Shown here: positions 1 to 11,880 of the stretch, in pieces
Position numbering within the stretch: position 1 is the first letter of the stretch
Layout of the letters: every line of letters begins with the position of its first letter
DNA from: Squalus acanthias
Taxonomy: Eukaryota
Length of the DNA: 64,000 bases
Reading direction: 5' to 3'
NCBI GenBank assembly: GCA_030390025.1
Contig: CM059432.1
Coordinates: forward strand, 63,118,001 to 63,182,000
Notes under the pieces: model-generated
Seen by the model: the letters and a program-made list of their open reading frames with translations, nothing else
What the model was told of the DNA's origin: nothing
The model's database searches: none
Translations under genes and position numbers: made by a program

Positions 1-588
1 CAATGCAGCGCCCCTCACAACAACAATGCTGATCTGACACAGGCGCTGCTCCCCTTAAATGCCAAACCTTCTCTCCCCCCTCTGGAGACTGACAGGCCCA
101 CTCCACATCACCAGCATCCCCGGCTGGACAGAAAATGGAGAAGGTAGCTAAGATCTGAAGCTACCCAAGGCAATGTTCAGACGAGAGGGCTGAGAAGTGT
201 TCAAATGAGAAACGAGATGCAGACCTGAAATTCCCCGGATGCTTTTAAAAGGGATGAAGTGTGGTAGGGAGGGTCTTCCACCTGCAAATTTACTCTGCTG
301 TTGGCCTCATCCCAAATTGTAGGTACAGAGTCATTTGGATAACTGAGGCGATGGCCCACGTCTGAGGTGGGGCAGCGAAAGCACCCAGCCCAATGAGGTA
401 GCAAAACTTAGAGTGGTGCTCAAGGCCCTTATTAAGCCAAAGATGAAATAAGCAAAAAAGGAACTTTATTCCTCACAGGGTGGCAGGCTTAGGTAATCGA
501 TCTCTTTGGGATTGATTACCTATGAGGTCTTTAGTGTTCGACTTCCGTAAGCCCAAAACAGAACCCATATCTGTCCTCAGCAGACGTA

Positions 589-1158
589 GGGCTGGATTTT
601 GATACTGGGGCGGGTTGGGGTCGTGTTATCCACTTTTCGTGTTATCAACCCGACTGCAATTGGATGTGGGAGATTGATGCGATTTTCACCTAATTGGGCA
701 ATTGAGTTCCAGCATGTGGGAACCCATGACCCAAGGACCTGAAGGCAAAATGAGCAGCAGCAGCCCTAAGTCTGCTCCCAGATATTTTTGTACCACCACC
801 ACCCCCAACACCACCACCACCACGCAGTAATAGTGGACCTGATAGTCAGCTATCGAAATGTGCTCCCGCCAGGTTTCACATTCGTGGTTCAGAACAGGCG
901 TGCTTCACGTAGAAAAAGGTTAAAATCACAAAGGCCTTTCAAAATGGCATTATAGAGCCAATTTAGTGCTTGTTAAGGGCCTTAACAGCCTATCCCGCCT
1001 CTTAGAGGCGGGACGGAATCGAGACCAGCAGACACGATTTAATGAAAATTGCGTGGAGGCGGGATGGAGGCGGGCTTGTGCCCGCCTGCCAGTTTTCGCA
1101 ATTTTAACCCCCCACACGCCTCCAAACCCACCTCCACGGGTCAATGAAAATTCTGCCC
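589..1158. mobile_element. Non-autonomous PIF/Harbinger-type MITE (family A, copy 1)
   Basis: Termini GGGCTGGATTTT...AAAATTCTGCCC, 3-bp TSD GTA (586-588, 1159-1161); homologous in inverted orientation to 23105-24271. Confidence 0.8.
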
Positions 1159-1499
1159 GTAGTGTCCACTGGTCATTCCAGGGCGAACTGGGCAGAATTC
1201 TTGGGATCACCTGGCAACACACCAAGACACACTCTTGAAGTCAGTGCTAAATGTAAAGGGAGCAGGTTTAAGAAGAGCTCGCTCCTCTGGTGTCCTGAGA
1301 AACTTGCATGGGGCAGAAACCTGGTAGATTCGGCTCCCACTGCAAATTGTAAACCCCCAGGATGGCATTCTCCTGTTACAGCCCCTTGAATTTTGGCTGA
1401 CAGATGATCTGCAACATTATCTAACAATCACTGCATTGATATTCCTCTCTGTTTGTTTTGCTCCTTCCCCTTTTCCTGATGTTAATAATATACTTGTTC

Positions 1500-1635
1500 A
1501 TTTTTCAGTTCTGAAGAAAGGCCCAGCCCGAATCATTGACTGTTCTCTTCACAGTTATTGACACACCTGCTGTGTGTTTACAGCTTTTTCTGCTTTTGTT
1601 TCAGATTTCCAGCATTTGCAGTATTTTACTTTTTA
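1500..1635 (+). mobile_element. Degenerate Penelope-like pseudo-LTR remnant
   Basis: Resembles 13290-13426 (agttctga.gaa...; ttcagatttccagcat.tgcagtatttt). Confidence 0.6.
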
Positions 1636-2329
1636 TCCACATATTATCGCTGAGATGAACCATAGAACCACAGAAGGAGGCCATTCGGTTCATCAAATCT
1701 CTGCCAGCTCTTTGGTAGGACAATCCTAAACTTATCCCAAACTCAACTACTGCTCCATTGATCCAAGCTTCTGTAGGATTACTGCTGGTACTGATGGATT
1801 TTGTAGCTACTGCTATTGGGGAGAATTCTAATGCACTATCCTTTTGCAACATCTATGAGATTAAATAGCTGACTGAACTGAGCTCAGTGTGAGGAAGTAG
1901 CAAATGGGACCTTGTGTTTGCAAACTGGTTGCTAAATCTACCTGCATAACAGCAGTTCATAGTTATATGTAAGTGCTTTGAGATGTGTTAAGGAGCTAAA
2001 TAAATGCAAGTCTTTCCTTACCAACATGGCAATGTTTTATTTGCCTGAATTGCATCAATTGTTATTATACAGTTAGGAAACACTTTAAAATGACAATGCT
2101 TTCAACATCCATTCTTGTTAGACATGTTTTAGCAGGGGAATCTGTTGATAGTCAGTCATTTTATGTTAATATTCCTTAGGCAGGTGGTCTCACTGTGAGT
2201 CATCAATTATCCCTTTTAAATGTTTACTATGTCAGTAACCTTTAAACCTCTCAGATGAATATACATTTTCCGGAAAGAAGACCAATTCTGCATACCAATA
2301 GCTTCTATAGGCAAAAGGATTAAATTGCG

Positions 2330-4915
2330 AAGAAAGACTAGAAAATCTGGGTTACTTTAGTTTTGAGAGGAAGCAATGGAGAGGGCACCTGCTGGAAGTA
2401 TACGAGATATTAAATGGCATGGACAAGGTAAACCTAGTGCATTACTTTAAGGTATGACAGGATACTAAAACAAGGGTAAAACTGGTGAAAGGATAATTTT
2501 GGACAGATGTCAGGATGAACCTCCTCATGCAGAGTTGAAATAGTCTGCTGGGTATAGTGGTGAAGGTGAATAGTCTGCTGGGTTTAGTGGTGAAGGTGAA
2601 TGGTCTGCTGGGTTTAGTGGTGAAGGTGAATAGCCTGCTGGGTTTCGTGGTGAAGGTGAATGGTCTGCTGGGTTTAGTGGTGAAGGTGAATAGTCTGCTA
2701 GGTTTAGTGGTGAAGGTGAATAGTCTGCTGGGTATCGTGGTGAAGGTGAATAGTCTGCTGGGTTTAGTGGTGAAGGTGAATGGTCTGCTGGGTTTAGTGG
2801 TGAAGGTGAATAGTCTGCTGGGTATAGTGGTGAAGGTGAATAGTCTGCTGGGTTTAGTGGTGAAGGTGAATAGTCTGCTGGATTTAGTGGTGAAGGTGAA
2901 TAGTCTGCTGGGTATCGTGGTGAAGGTGAATAGTCTGCTGGGTATCGTGGTGAAGGTGAATGGTCTGCTGGATTTAGTGGTGAAGGTGAATAGTCTGCTG
3001 AGTTTAGTGGTGAAGGTGAATAGTCTGCTGGGTATCGTGGTGAAGGTGAATAGTCTGCTGGGTATCGTGGTGAAGGTGAATAGTCTGCTGGATTTAGTGG
3101 TGAAGGTGAATAGTCTGCTGGGTATCGTGGTGAAGGTGAACAGTCTGCTGGATTTAGTGGTGAAGGTGAATAGTCTGCTGGGTATCGTGGTGAAGGTGAA
3201 TGGTCTGCTGGGTTTAGTGGTGAAGGTGAATGGTCTGCTGGATTTAGTGGTGAAGGTGAATAGTCTGCTGGGTATAGTGGTGAAGGTGAACAGTCTGCTG
3301 GGTATAGTGGTGAAGGTGAATGGTCTGCTGGGTTTAGTGGTGAAGGTGAATAGTCTGCTGGGTATCGTGGTGAAGGTGAATAGTCTGCTGGGTATAGTGG
3401 TGAAGGTGAATAGTCTGCTGGGTTTAGTGGTGAAGGTGAATGGTCTGCTGGGTTTAGTGGTGAAGGTGAATGGTCTGCTGGGTATAGTGGTGAAGGTGAA
3501 TAGCCTGCTGGGTATAGTGGTGAAGGTGAATAGTCTGCTGGATTTAGTGGTGAAGGTGAATTGTCTGCTGGGTATCGTGGTGAAGGTGAATAGTCTGCTG
3601 GGTATAGTGGTGAAGGTGAATAGTCTGCTGGGTTTAGTGGTGAAGGTGAATGGTCTGCTGGGTTTAGTGGTGAAGGTGAATGGTCTGCTGGGTATAGTGG
3701 TGAAGGTGAATAGCCTGCTGGGTATAGTGGTGAAGGTGAATAGTCTGCTGGATTTAGTGGTGAAGGTGAATGGTCTGCTGGATTTAGTGGTGAAGGTGAA
3801 TAGCCTGCTGGGTATAGTGGTGAAGGTGAATTGTCTGCTGGGTTTAGTGGTGAAGGTGAATTGTCTGCTGGGTTTAGTGGTGAAGGTGAACAGTCTGCTG
3901 GGTATAGTGGTGAAGGTGAATGGTCTGCTGGGTTTAGTGGTGAAGGTGAATAGCCTGCTGGGTATAGTGGTGAAGGTGAACAGTCTGCTGGGTATAGTGG
4001 TGAAGGTGAATTGTCTGCTGGGTATAGTGGTGAAGGTGAATTGTCTGCTGGGTTTAGTGGTGAAGGTGAATTGTCTGCTGGGTTTAGTGGTGAAGGTGAA
4101 CAGTCTGCTGGGTATAGTGGTGAAGGTGAATGGTCTGCTGGGTTTAGTGGTGAAGGTGAATTGTCTGCTGGGTTTAGTGGTGAAGGTGAACAGTCTGCTG
4201 GGTATAGTGGTGAAGGTGAATGGTCTGCTGGGTTTAGTGGTGAAGGTGAATTGTCTGCTGGGTTTAGTGGTGAAGGTGAACAGTCTGCTGGGTATAGTGG
4301 TGAAGGTGAATGGTCTGCTGGGTTTAGTGGTGAAGGTGAATAGCCTGCTGGGTTTAGTGGTGAAGGTGAACAGTCTGCTGGGTATAGTGGTGAAGGTGAA
4401 TGGTCTGCTGGGTTTAGTGGTGAAGGTGAATTGTCTGCTGGGTTTAGTGGTGAAGGTGAATAGCCTGCTGGGTTTAGTGGAGAAGGTAAACAGTCTGCTG
4501 GGTATAGTGGTGAAGGTGAACGGTCTGCTGGGTTTAGTGGAGAAGGTGAACAGTCTGCTGGGTATAGTGGTGAAGGTGAACGGTCTGCTGGGTATAGTGG
4601 TGAAGGTGAATGGTCTGCTGGGTATAGTGGTGAAGGTAAATGGTCTGCTGGGTTTAGTGGTGAAGGTGAATAGTCTGCTGGGTATAGTGGTGAAGGTGAA
4701 CAGTCTGCTGGGTATAGTGGTGAAGGTGAACGGTCTGCTGGGTATAGTGGTGAAGGTGAATGGTCTGCTGGGTATAGTGGTGAAGGTAAATGGTCTGCTG
4801 GGTATCATGGTGAAGGTGAATAGTCTGCTGGGTTTAGTGGTGAAGGTGAATAGTCTGCTGGGTGTACTGGTGAAGGTGAAAACTTTAGACTTAATCAAGA
4901 GATAGTTAGATGACA
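2330..4915 (+). mobile_element. Old CR1 ORF2 3' fragment, interrupted by a minisatellite derived from it
   Basis: Left flank resembles ERLE.LG.FS.E...RG.L.EVY.IL.GMDKV; right flank reads KTLDLIKR*LD, matching CR1 GTLTTLKKQLD at 22460-23032. Confidence 0.7.
2541..4880. repeat. 30-bp minisatellite, 78 units, consensus TAGTCTGCTGGGT(A/T)TAGTGGTGAAGGTGAA
   Basis: Exact 30-bp periodicity without indels over 2340 bp. Confidence 0.99.
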
Positions 4916-5600
4916 TGGCAAAGGCAATGCATTTATTAAAATTCTGAATTGATGAGCTAAGACGCACTGAATGACCTTACTCAACTATATCTATCTTGTG
5001 ATTATATGATACGTTGTAATTAAACTTTGCCAGATGACTAATGCAGCATTGTTTAAAGGGAATATTTGGAGCAGTTTCTTCCTGGCTATTTCAGCATGTG
5101 AGTTTATGTGGAACCTATCAGTACCATGACAGTGCCTATTTAAATGTATCAATTAATTTTAATTTCTTAGTCAATTGTTTGTACATATGTATATTAAATA
5201 AATTAAAAGCAAGACTATTTAAGTGAAATTCCCAAACAGTTTTCTATATGCACCTGTTATATTAACTTTAAAAAAAAAAATTTCTACAACAAATTCCACC
5301 ACTTTCCATGTTACACATTTTACCAGACATTCTCATCACTTTATTGGGGGCATGTGCTTTGGACAGGCCTCTGTGGGTAATGATTGAGACAGCTAATCCG
5401 GGAAAAATAATTGCTAGAAGAAGCATTACCAGTACTGGGCCGCTCCAGACTAGATCTCAGGCCGTTCCAAAATGCTGACTCCCATTAATGTGAATGGAGC
5501 TCTTCTGAGGCAGTCCCAGTAATCTACACCCCCAGAGTGGTTTTGAAGCATACATACCAACAATCAGCATTTCAGACTGACACTCAGTGTTTTACATTAA

Positions 5601-5968
5601 ATAGAATTACATAGTATTTACAGCACAGAAACAGGCCATTCAGTCTAACAGGTCTATGCCAGTACTTATGCTCCACATGAGACTCCTCACACCTTACTTC
5701 ATCTCATCCCATCAACATATCCTTCTATTCCTTTCTCCCTCATGTAGCTATCTAGCGTTCCCTTAAATGCATCTATGTTATTCATCTCAACTACACCATG
5801 TGATAGTAAGTTCCACATTCTAACCACTCTCTGGGTAAAGGAGTTTCTCCTGAATTCCTTATTGAATTTATTAGTGATTATCTTATATTTATGACCCTTA
5901 GTTTTGGTCTCCCCCACAAATGGAAACATCTTCTCTACGTTTACCCTATAGAACCCCTTCTTAATTTT
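5601..5968 (-). mobile_element. CR1 LINE 3' fragment
   Basis: ORF 5699-5929 (GETKTKGHKYKI...FTQRVVRMWN) plus CR1-type 3' tail. Confidence 0.85.
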
Positions 5969-6220
5969 AGGGGCCCAGAAACAGGAACCCTCATCTACAG
6001 TAGGCAGTAACTAGAATTACTTCCATAAGCATTAGGACTCAGGGAAGAGTGGCACTGAGGGGAAGAGGAAAAGGGAGAGAGTGGAATGGATGGTAATGAA
6101 GGGGAGAGGGAAGGAAGGACAAAGTGGGAGCTGCGCTTTGGCAGAAATGATGGAAGATAGAAGTGGCGCTTTAGGTCGGGGAGAAAGGAGAGTGGGATGA
6201 GTAAGGTTTTGCCATAGTGG

Positions 6221-6991
6221 TGTAAGATTTGGATCACAGGTCACACACAGATTACCCAAAGGGTCTTAGGGGTCATAGGTCGCTTTATTAAGGAGCGGCA
6301 GTTTAAGTTAAGTACAACACGCAATCAGGATAGACATAGTAGATATACAACCCGTAAGCGATGAGAACAGGTTTACCGGCCCCGGAACGGACAGACGGGC
6401 AGACGGACGGAGGTTGAGGCAGAACAGTGGTCTCGGATCCCTGCAGCCTGCGGCAGCGGTCTCTTCCTCTTTGGTTGTCTCCCGAGGCTGGCGGAGGTGT
6501 TAGGCCGAAGCCAGCATGTTATCCACCCCAGGGAAGCTCTTCCCCTCTCTGCCTGTTTTTCCCTTTCGGCTGCCCGCTTATATACCTTATTTCGGGGGGC
6601 CGGTGGATACCTCGCGTCAATCATTTGTTACCCATTCAATTGTCCAATTACAGGGGAATAGATACCTATGACAGCCCCTGCCTGTCCCCATGAGATCATC
6701 CCTCCACTTATCTCTTGTTTGGACATATTGTACTTTCTCCTAGACAGTTTGTTTATCATAAGGCTCCTTACTTGACCTCTTATCAGGCTAGCTATGCCTA
6801 CATGAAGGCCTGTTTCTGTGTTATGCCCTTGTAAGCGACCTCAGCTCTTTGTGCAACTCCTTATCTGATATGATTAGTTTCTTCTGTGTCATCAGCCTAT
6901 CCTGGCTTCTGAGCTAGGCAAACCCATTTCTTTTATAAAACCATTATTTCTTTTACAATTCATAATTTCTTCCAATTCATGATTTCTTACA
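6221..6991 (-). mobile_element. Solo LTR (ERV- or Gypsy-type), 771 bp
   Basis: TGTAAGA...TCTTACA termini, 4-bp TSD GTGG (6217-6220, 6992-6995), minus-strand TATATAA (6578-6584) upstream of AATAAA (6284-6289). Confidence 0.8.
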
Positions 6992-7224
6992 GTGGTGGCT
7001 GTATCTTCTTAGTGCTGGAACTGGATTCTGGAAGCTGAGAACCTCTGACATCACTTCAGTGTTGCTGGAGGGCTTTACTCAAAAGCAGAGTACAATCGAG
7101 TGAGTGGCATCTTCACCAGCCATCTACAGCGGAGTCCCAAAGCACAGAGGGAGCAAACAAGGCACAGAGTTCTTTCAATCTCTGACTGGCACCACTGTGA
7201 CCTTGGACACCCAGTTACAGGAAT

Positions 7225-7960
7225 CTGTCACTACTGGATTTGATACACTGGGTGATTGATTGGAAAGAGTGTGGCATGCTTCACCGCATCGTAAATGTAC
7301 CATTGACTGCTCTCATGTAGACCCTGCCAAAAGTGTGGCATGGGAAGAGTCCCACCAGGTGCTCTCCTCTCAAGGAGACCACACAAATTCCCTCTCCAGC
7401 CAGGCTTCTCATAGGATTGAGGAGTTGCCAGAAAGTAGGTAGGCACTGGTGGCCATTGTGCTGATGCATGAGGCTCTGGCTGTTACAGGGACATTACATC
7501 ATCTTGTATGCAGAATAGCCAATCCATGACCATTCCAATAGCATCACAGCTCCCCGCACTAACCCACCCCATCAAGCTCCCACATCAACATGTTACCACA
7601 ATTGCCCTTCCTTGAGGTTCTCATATGGAGATGTGATGGTCACTTTCTTTATCAACAAAGTCCTACAGTTGTGGAAACCCTGCCAGCCTCGAGATAATGG
7701 GTTCTTTCCACTTGGAAAGTAGTTGTGTCCCCTGGCAAATTGCCACGAGGCACTTGCTTCTTTCGCCTGTGTACAGCTGACTGGCTGATGTTATCTGCAT
7801 TGGCCTGGAAGGATCCTGTGATATAGAAACCTTTGCAGCTGCAGGAAGTGCTGTAGCATTCTTGGTGGTGGTCTAAACTTCAGCCTGCAGCACGTCGTCA
7901 CTGTTTCTCTGGTGAAGCACAGGCACTGAAGGCGGTCTCCTCGGGCAACCCCAAGTATGG
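7225..7960 (-). pseudogene. Decayed Harbinger (HARBI1-like) DDE transposase
   Basis: Minus-strand translation gives CLCFTRETV and GFYITGSFQANADNISQSAVHR, resembling the Harbinger FYATGSFQ...ISQSAVHR motif; frameshifted. Confidence 0.7.
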
Positions 7961-8402
7961 CTGGTATGATCTGTTTACTCGGTCCCTGGGATACTGGCGA
8001 GAATGCACACAGCCTCTGAGGTGCATTTGATTTGAAGGTGGTGTGCCCTCATGAATTTCTCCTCCTCATTCAGGCCATGCACCGTGAATGGAACTGCTAA
8101 AAGGATTCCCATCTTTTTACTTTGCTTGGCAGAATTTGGCACAACAGCAAACTACAAGCAATTGTGTCTTACAGATATTCCGACTTCATCCAAAATACCT
8201 AAAAGTGGAGCATTCATACAACGTGCAAGATGTCCTGGATAGCAATTAAATATTCAGCCAAGAAAATAATCTTTCTGAAATTGTTACAGACAAAACAGCA
8301 ATAAGGCAGCTTTAAAAGAAGCCTCAAAACAGGCCAGGCCAGTTTTGAATAGATGTACCTATTTTACATGGGCGAGCGACTCATTGTGGGTGGAGGCTCG
8401 CC

Positions 8403-8545
8403 TGAAGTGGGAGTACCTTCACCACATGGACTGCAGCGGGTGAAGAAAAAGGCTCACCACCACCTTTTCAAGGGCAACGAGGGATGGGCAATAAATGTTG
8501 GCCTTGCTAACGATCCCTATATACTGAGAATGAATGAAAAAAAAT
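8403..8545 (+). mobile_element. LINE family B (CR1/L2 group) 3' end
   Basis: Matches the 3' ends of 33861-35836 and 25890-26540; A-rich tail. Confidence 0.75.
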
Positions 8546-10089
8546 CTAGATTTTTATCTTTTTCCCATAATTGCAATATGGAATTAAGGGTTAGCAAGAC
8601 CTACTATTTGCCAGAAAGAATGGCTCTTGGTAAATCAGGCCGGGCGTGATAGTGGTGTGGAAGGTCAGAGGCTGCAAGCTGCTAGCAAGGCTCCGTGCCA
8701 TGTGTGTAGCCTCAGTGCATGCACCCTTTATTCTCAGAAGCAACCTCTCATTGGCCAAGCTTAGAAGCAAGCTTCAATGCAACTCTTTTGAGAAGAGTTG
8801 TCCAGTGTAGTGCTACAACTGTCTTATATACTGACTTCACCTTTGGAGGCCAGAGTTGGAATTCAGCCAATGGATGCATGAGTTTCTATGATGTTCTTTA
8901 AAGGTCATAAATAAAAAATCTTTTTTTTGTTTATTCTCTTGTGGGCATTACTATATGGCATAGAATTGCCACAGGTCAGACATCCGATCAGACTGCAGTG
9001 ATTAACTTCATCAGATGATTTAATACACTGGGTGAGCTGCTATATTATCTACTGCAACACATTCCCTCATGCATTATCATTGACTGATGATGGGAAAACG
9101 AAAGGCAGGAAAAATGCATCTTCCCTGGTAAATATGCATTTGCACACACATTCACATTTCTACTGTTTTCAACAAGAGAGCAAAATGCTGACACAAGCCA
9201 TTGCTATAACTGCATCAACAAACATAGTAATGAGTATTCATGGTAAAAAAAATCTAAAACTAAACTAAACCACACTAAAGAAACACATATTTATTAAAAA
9301 ATATCATTGACTGAGTTGATATTTTGGAACTTGCATGTGTTGTGAAAATAAAAAAGATCTACATATATAAATAAAAAATTAAACACCTTTTTCTAGTTCA
9401 AATCTACTAAAATATATTCCTGAGTCTCTCCAGTAAACACTACTGATACAAAGTGGCTCTGTTGTAATATTTATTAATTTCTTGCCTCTGCCCCCACCCC
9501 AGACATTTTGGGTGGGGAATAGTTTAAGAGAGTGCTCATAGTCAGCAAAGCAGAGAATTATGGATATTATGCTATGGGTGAAAAGCCTTTGTAATCCAGA
9601 TAGGGTTAGGCATGTGTTGAGAAATAGTGCAGTATGTTAAGTGTATGACATAATTTGCATCTTATTTTCAGTCTGGTTCTCACACTTGGTTTGCTTGGAT
9701 TTAAATACATGCAACCTGCCAAGTCAAATTGCAGTCAATGCATCATTTCCAAAGTGCTGAGTGTAAGCACATGAAATGGACAAAAAGTTAAAATATCTTT
9801 AATTTATACACGGTACCCTTCACCTGAAGTCTAGTGCCTTGTCTGAAGCTGTTCAAGCTGTCTTGGTAGATTTTTTGGGCTACATTCAGTTTGTCCTGGC
9901 AGTACCTTGACCAAAATGGTCTTATTCTGAGGGATGTGACAAAAGGACCTGGCTTCTGTAAACAATGGAAATGAAAGTGACACATCTTGAGTTCAGTTCC
10001 TTTTTCAGTTTTCTGTTCCGAATTTATTACTTGGCTTTTTTTTTTGAAGGTATGTTTGCTAAATAGTTTTTTTTGCAGCAAATATAACA

Positions 10090-10205
10090 TTTAACAAAAT
10101 AACTGCTGGAAATGTGAAATATAAACAAAAAATATTGGAAATACGGAAGCACCTGTGGGGAAAATAGACCAGTTAATATTTTAGGTGTAGGTCTTTCGTC
10201 AGAAT
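10090..10205 (-). mobile_element. Degenerate Penelope-like pseudo-LTR remnant
   Basis: Reverse complement resembles ttctgacgaa...ttaact...tttccagc of 13296-13410. Confidence 0.5.
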
Positions 10206-11104
10206 GGAAAACTGAAAGATAAGCCAACTCCTTTGTAAGGATGGGGAAAAGGGAGGGGCAGCAACAAACTATTTTGCAACTTACTTCAGACTCAGTGCTG
10301 CCACATTCATCTCCATTGTCAAGCTCTCCAGCTGCCTTCATAGTAACTGGACCTGATTTTCAAACTATATTTGTGGCAGGACAAATGTCTCTTGCAAACT
10401 TTTATTGTAACAGGACATTTATCCCACATGTATAATTTTCAAAAATGATTCTTTTTGCAATTGGGCAAAAGGAATTACATCTGTTTGGAATTTCTCAAAA
10501 TCTACTGTAAATCATAGGGTGAGGTGGCAGAAAGATTGTGGCCTCAATTTCCTTTTAGATTGTGTTGCTGTACCGAAGGCTCTTGTAAAATGTTGTTTCA
10601 TCACTAAACTGCTGTAGAAATATATCCAATCTTAATCATCTCAGATGATTAGTGGTTAGGATAGAAATTCTTACAATTTTTTTTTAGAATTACTCTATGT
10701 GAACCATCCTACCCAACTGCCAAATGCTCCAGTAATGCATCGAGGACTTGAAGATGGTGTGTGGTAAAATGTAATTTTTCATATTTTTTTTTGGTTTCCG
10801 TGGAATCCACAATGTGCGACATATGTAACATGTTCCGTGACATTAATAGTGACACAAGCAGCATTCGGCAGCCTCAGACCCTTGAATTTGTGTTTAATTA
10901 AATATTAATGTGCTGCATGCTTGCTGCTTTCATAGGGTCAACATAATGCTGCTGAATATAGTAGCACTAGACCATTGAATAAAACCAGTGCAGTCTGCAT
11001 ATTCAAGTTGCACAGTATACTGTGTGATTCCTTTTACCCTATCCTCCCCATCGCAGGAATGTCTCACCAGGCCGCTCTTTAATAATTACCACCGTATGAA
11101 AACA

Positions 11105-11294
11105 TCAGATGGGAAAAGACCAGCTGGTCCATCTAGCCTGTCCCACACAGTTGTCATACCTTATGCATCACGTCAAGACGCTCCTTACCCCCTAGGTGCC
11201 ATGTCATCTCCAGAGAGTGGCAAAAAACCAGCACAAAACCCCAAGGCCAATTAGGGGAAAAAATCTGGAAAATTCCTCCCCGATCCCTCGAAGC
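11105..11294 (-). mobile_element. Old CR1-like 3' UTR split by the hAT element; resumes at about 20115-20270
   Basis: Similar to the reverse complement of 58430-58615. Confidence 0.6.
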
Positions 11295-11669
11295 CAGAGG
11301 TTCCCAAACTGGGGGGGCTGACAAAGATATCAGGGGGTCGCAAGGAGGACCGGCTGGACAAGGAGAGCCACCGATGCAACCTAGCATAGTCAGGGAAGGT
11401 GTATCAAAAGTGTAAATTTTTTTAACTTTTAAAGAAACTAAGCAGATTTAAGTTTAAATTCAAAGATAAAGTACACACTGATGCAAGCTGACATAGGCCG
11501 ATGTCAGCACAGTGCGGATTGTTTGAATTCCTGCTGATTTCTAAAGCTGGATCAATTATATCTGCTTCTGGTGCACTGTAATCGGTAATATGTTGTGATG
11601 TATTATCACACGGTTGGACACATGGTTTGGTATGAGCATGCTTAGTTCGCTCTGGCCTAGTAAAACAAG

Positions 11670-11845
11670 ATGCGGAAATGCCGGTGTTGGACTGGGGTGG
11701 ACAAAATTGAGAGGTCGCACAACACCAGGTTATAGTCCAACAGTTTTATTTGAAATCACAAGCTTTCGGAGCTTACTACTCCTTCGTCGACCCGACGAAG
11801 GAGTAGTAAGCTCCGAAAGCTTGTGATTTCAAATAAAACTGTTGG
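11670..11845. mobile_element. Fold-back Penelope-type mini-insertion (copy 1)
   Basis: 54-bp inverted arms 11736-11789 / 11793-11846; TSD AGTAAAACAAG (11659-11669, 11846-11856). Confidence 0.8.
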
Positions 11846-11880
11846 AGTAAAACAAGCACATGGACTAGCAACTCATCGTG

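Noticed and set aside
1..585. Possible DNA transposon remnant
   Set aside because: No TIR pair, TSD or coding motif could be supported within the window
2541..4880. CRISPR array or real repeat-protein gene
   Set aside because: No spacers and no cas genes; head-to-tail units in eukaryotic DNA; ORFs are explained by a stop-free 30-bp unit
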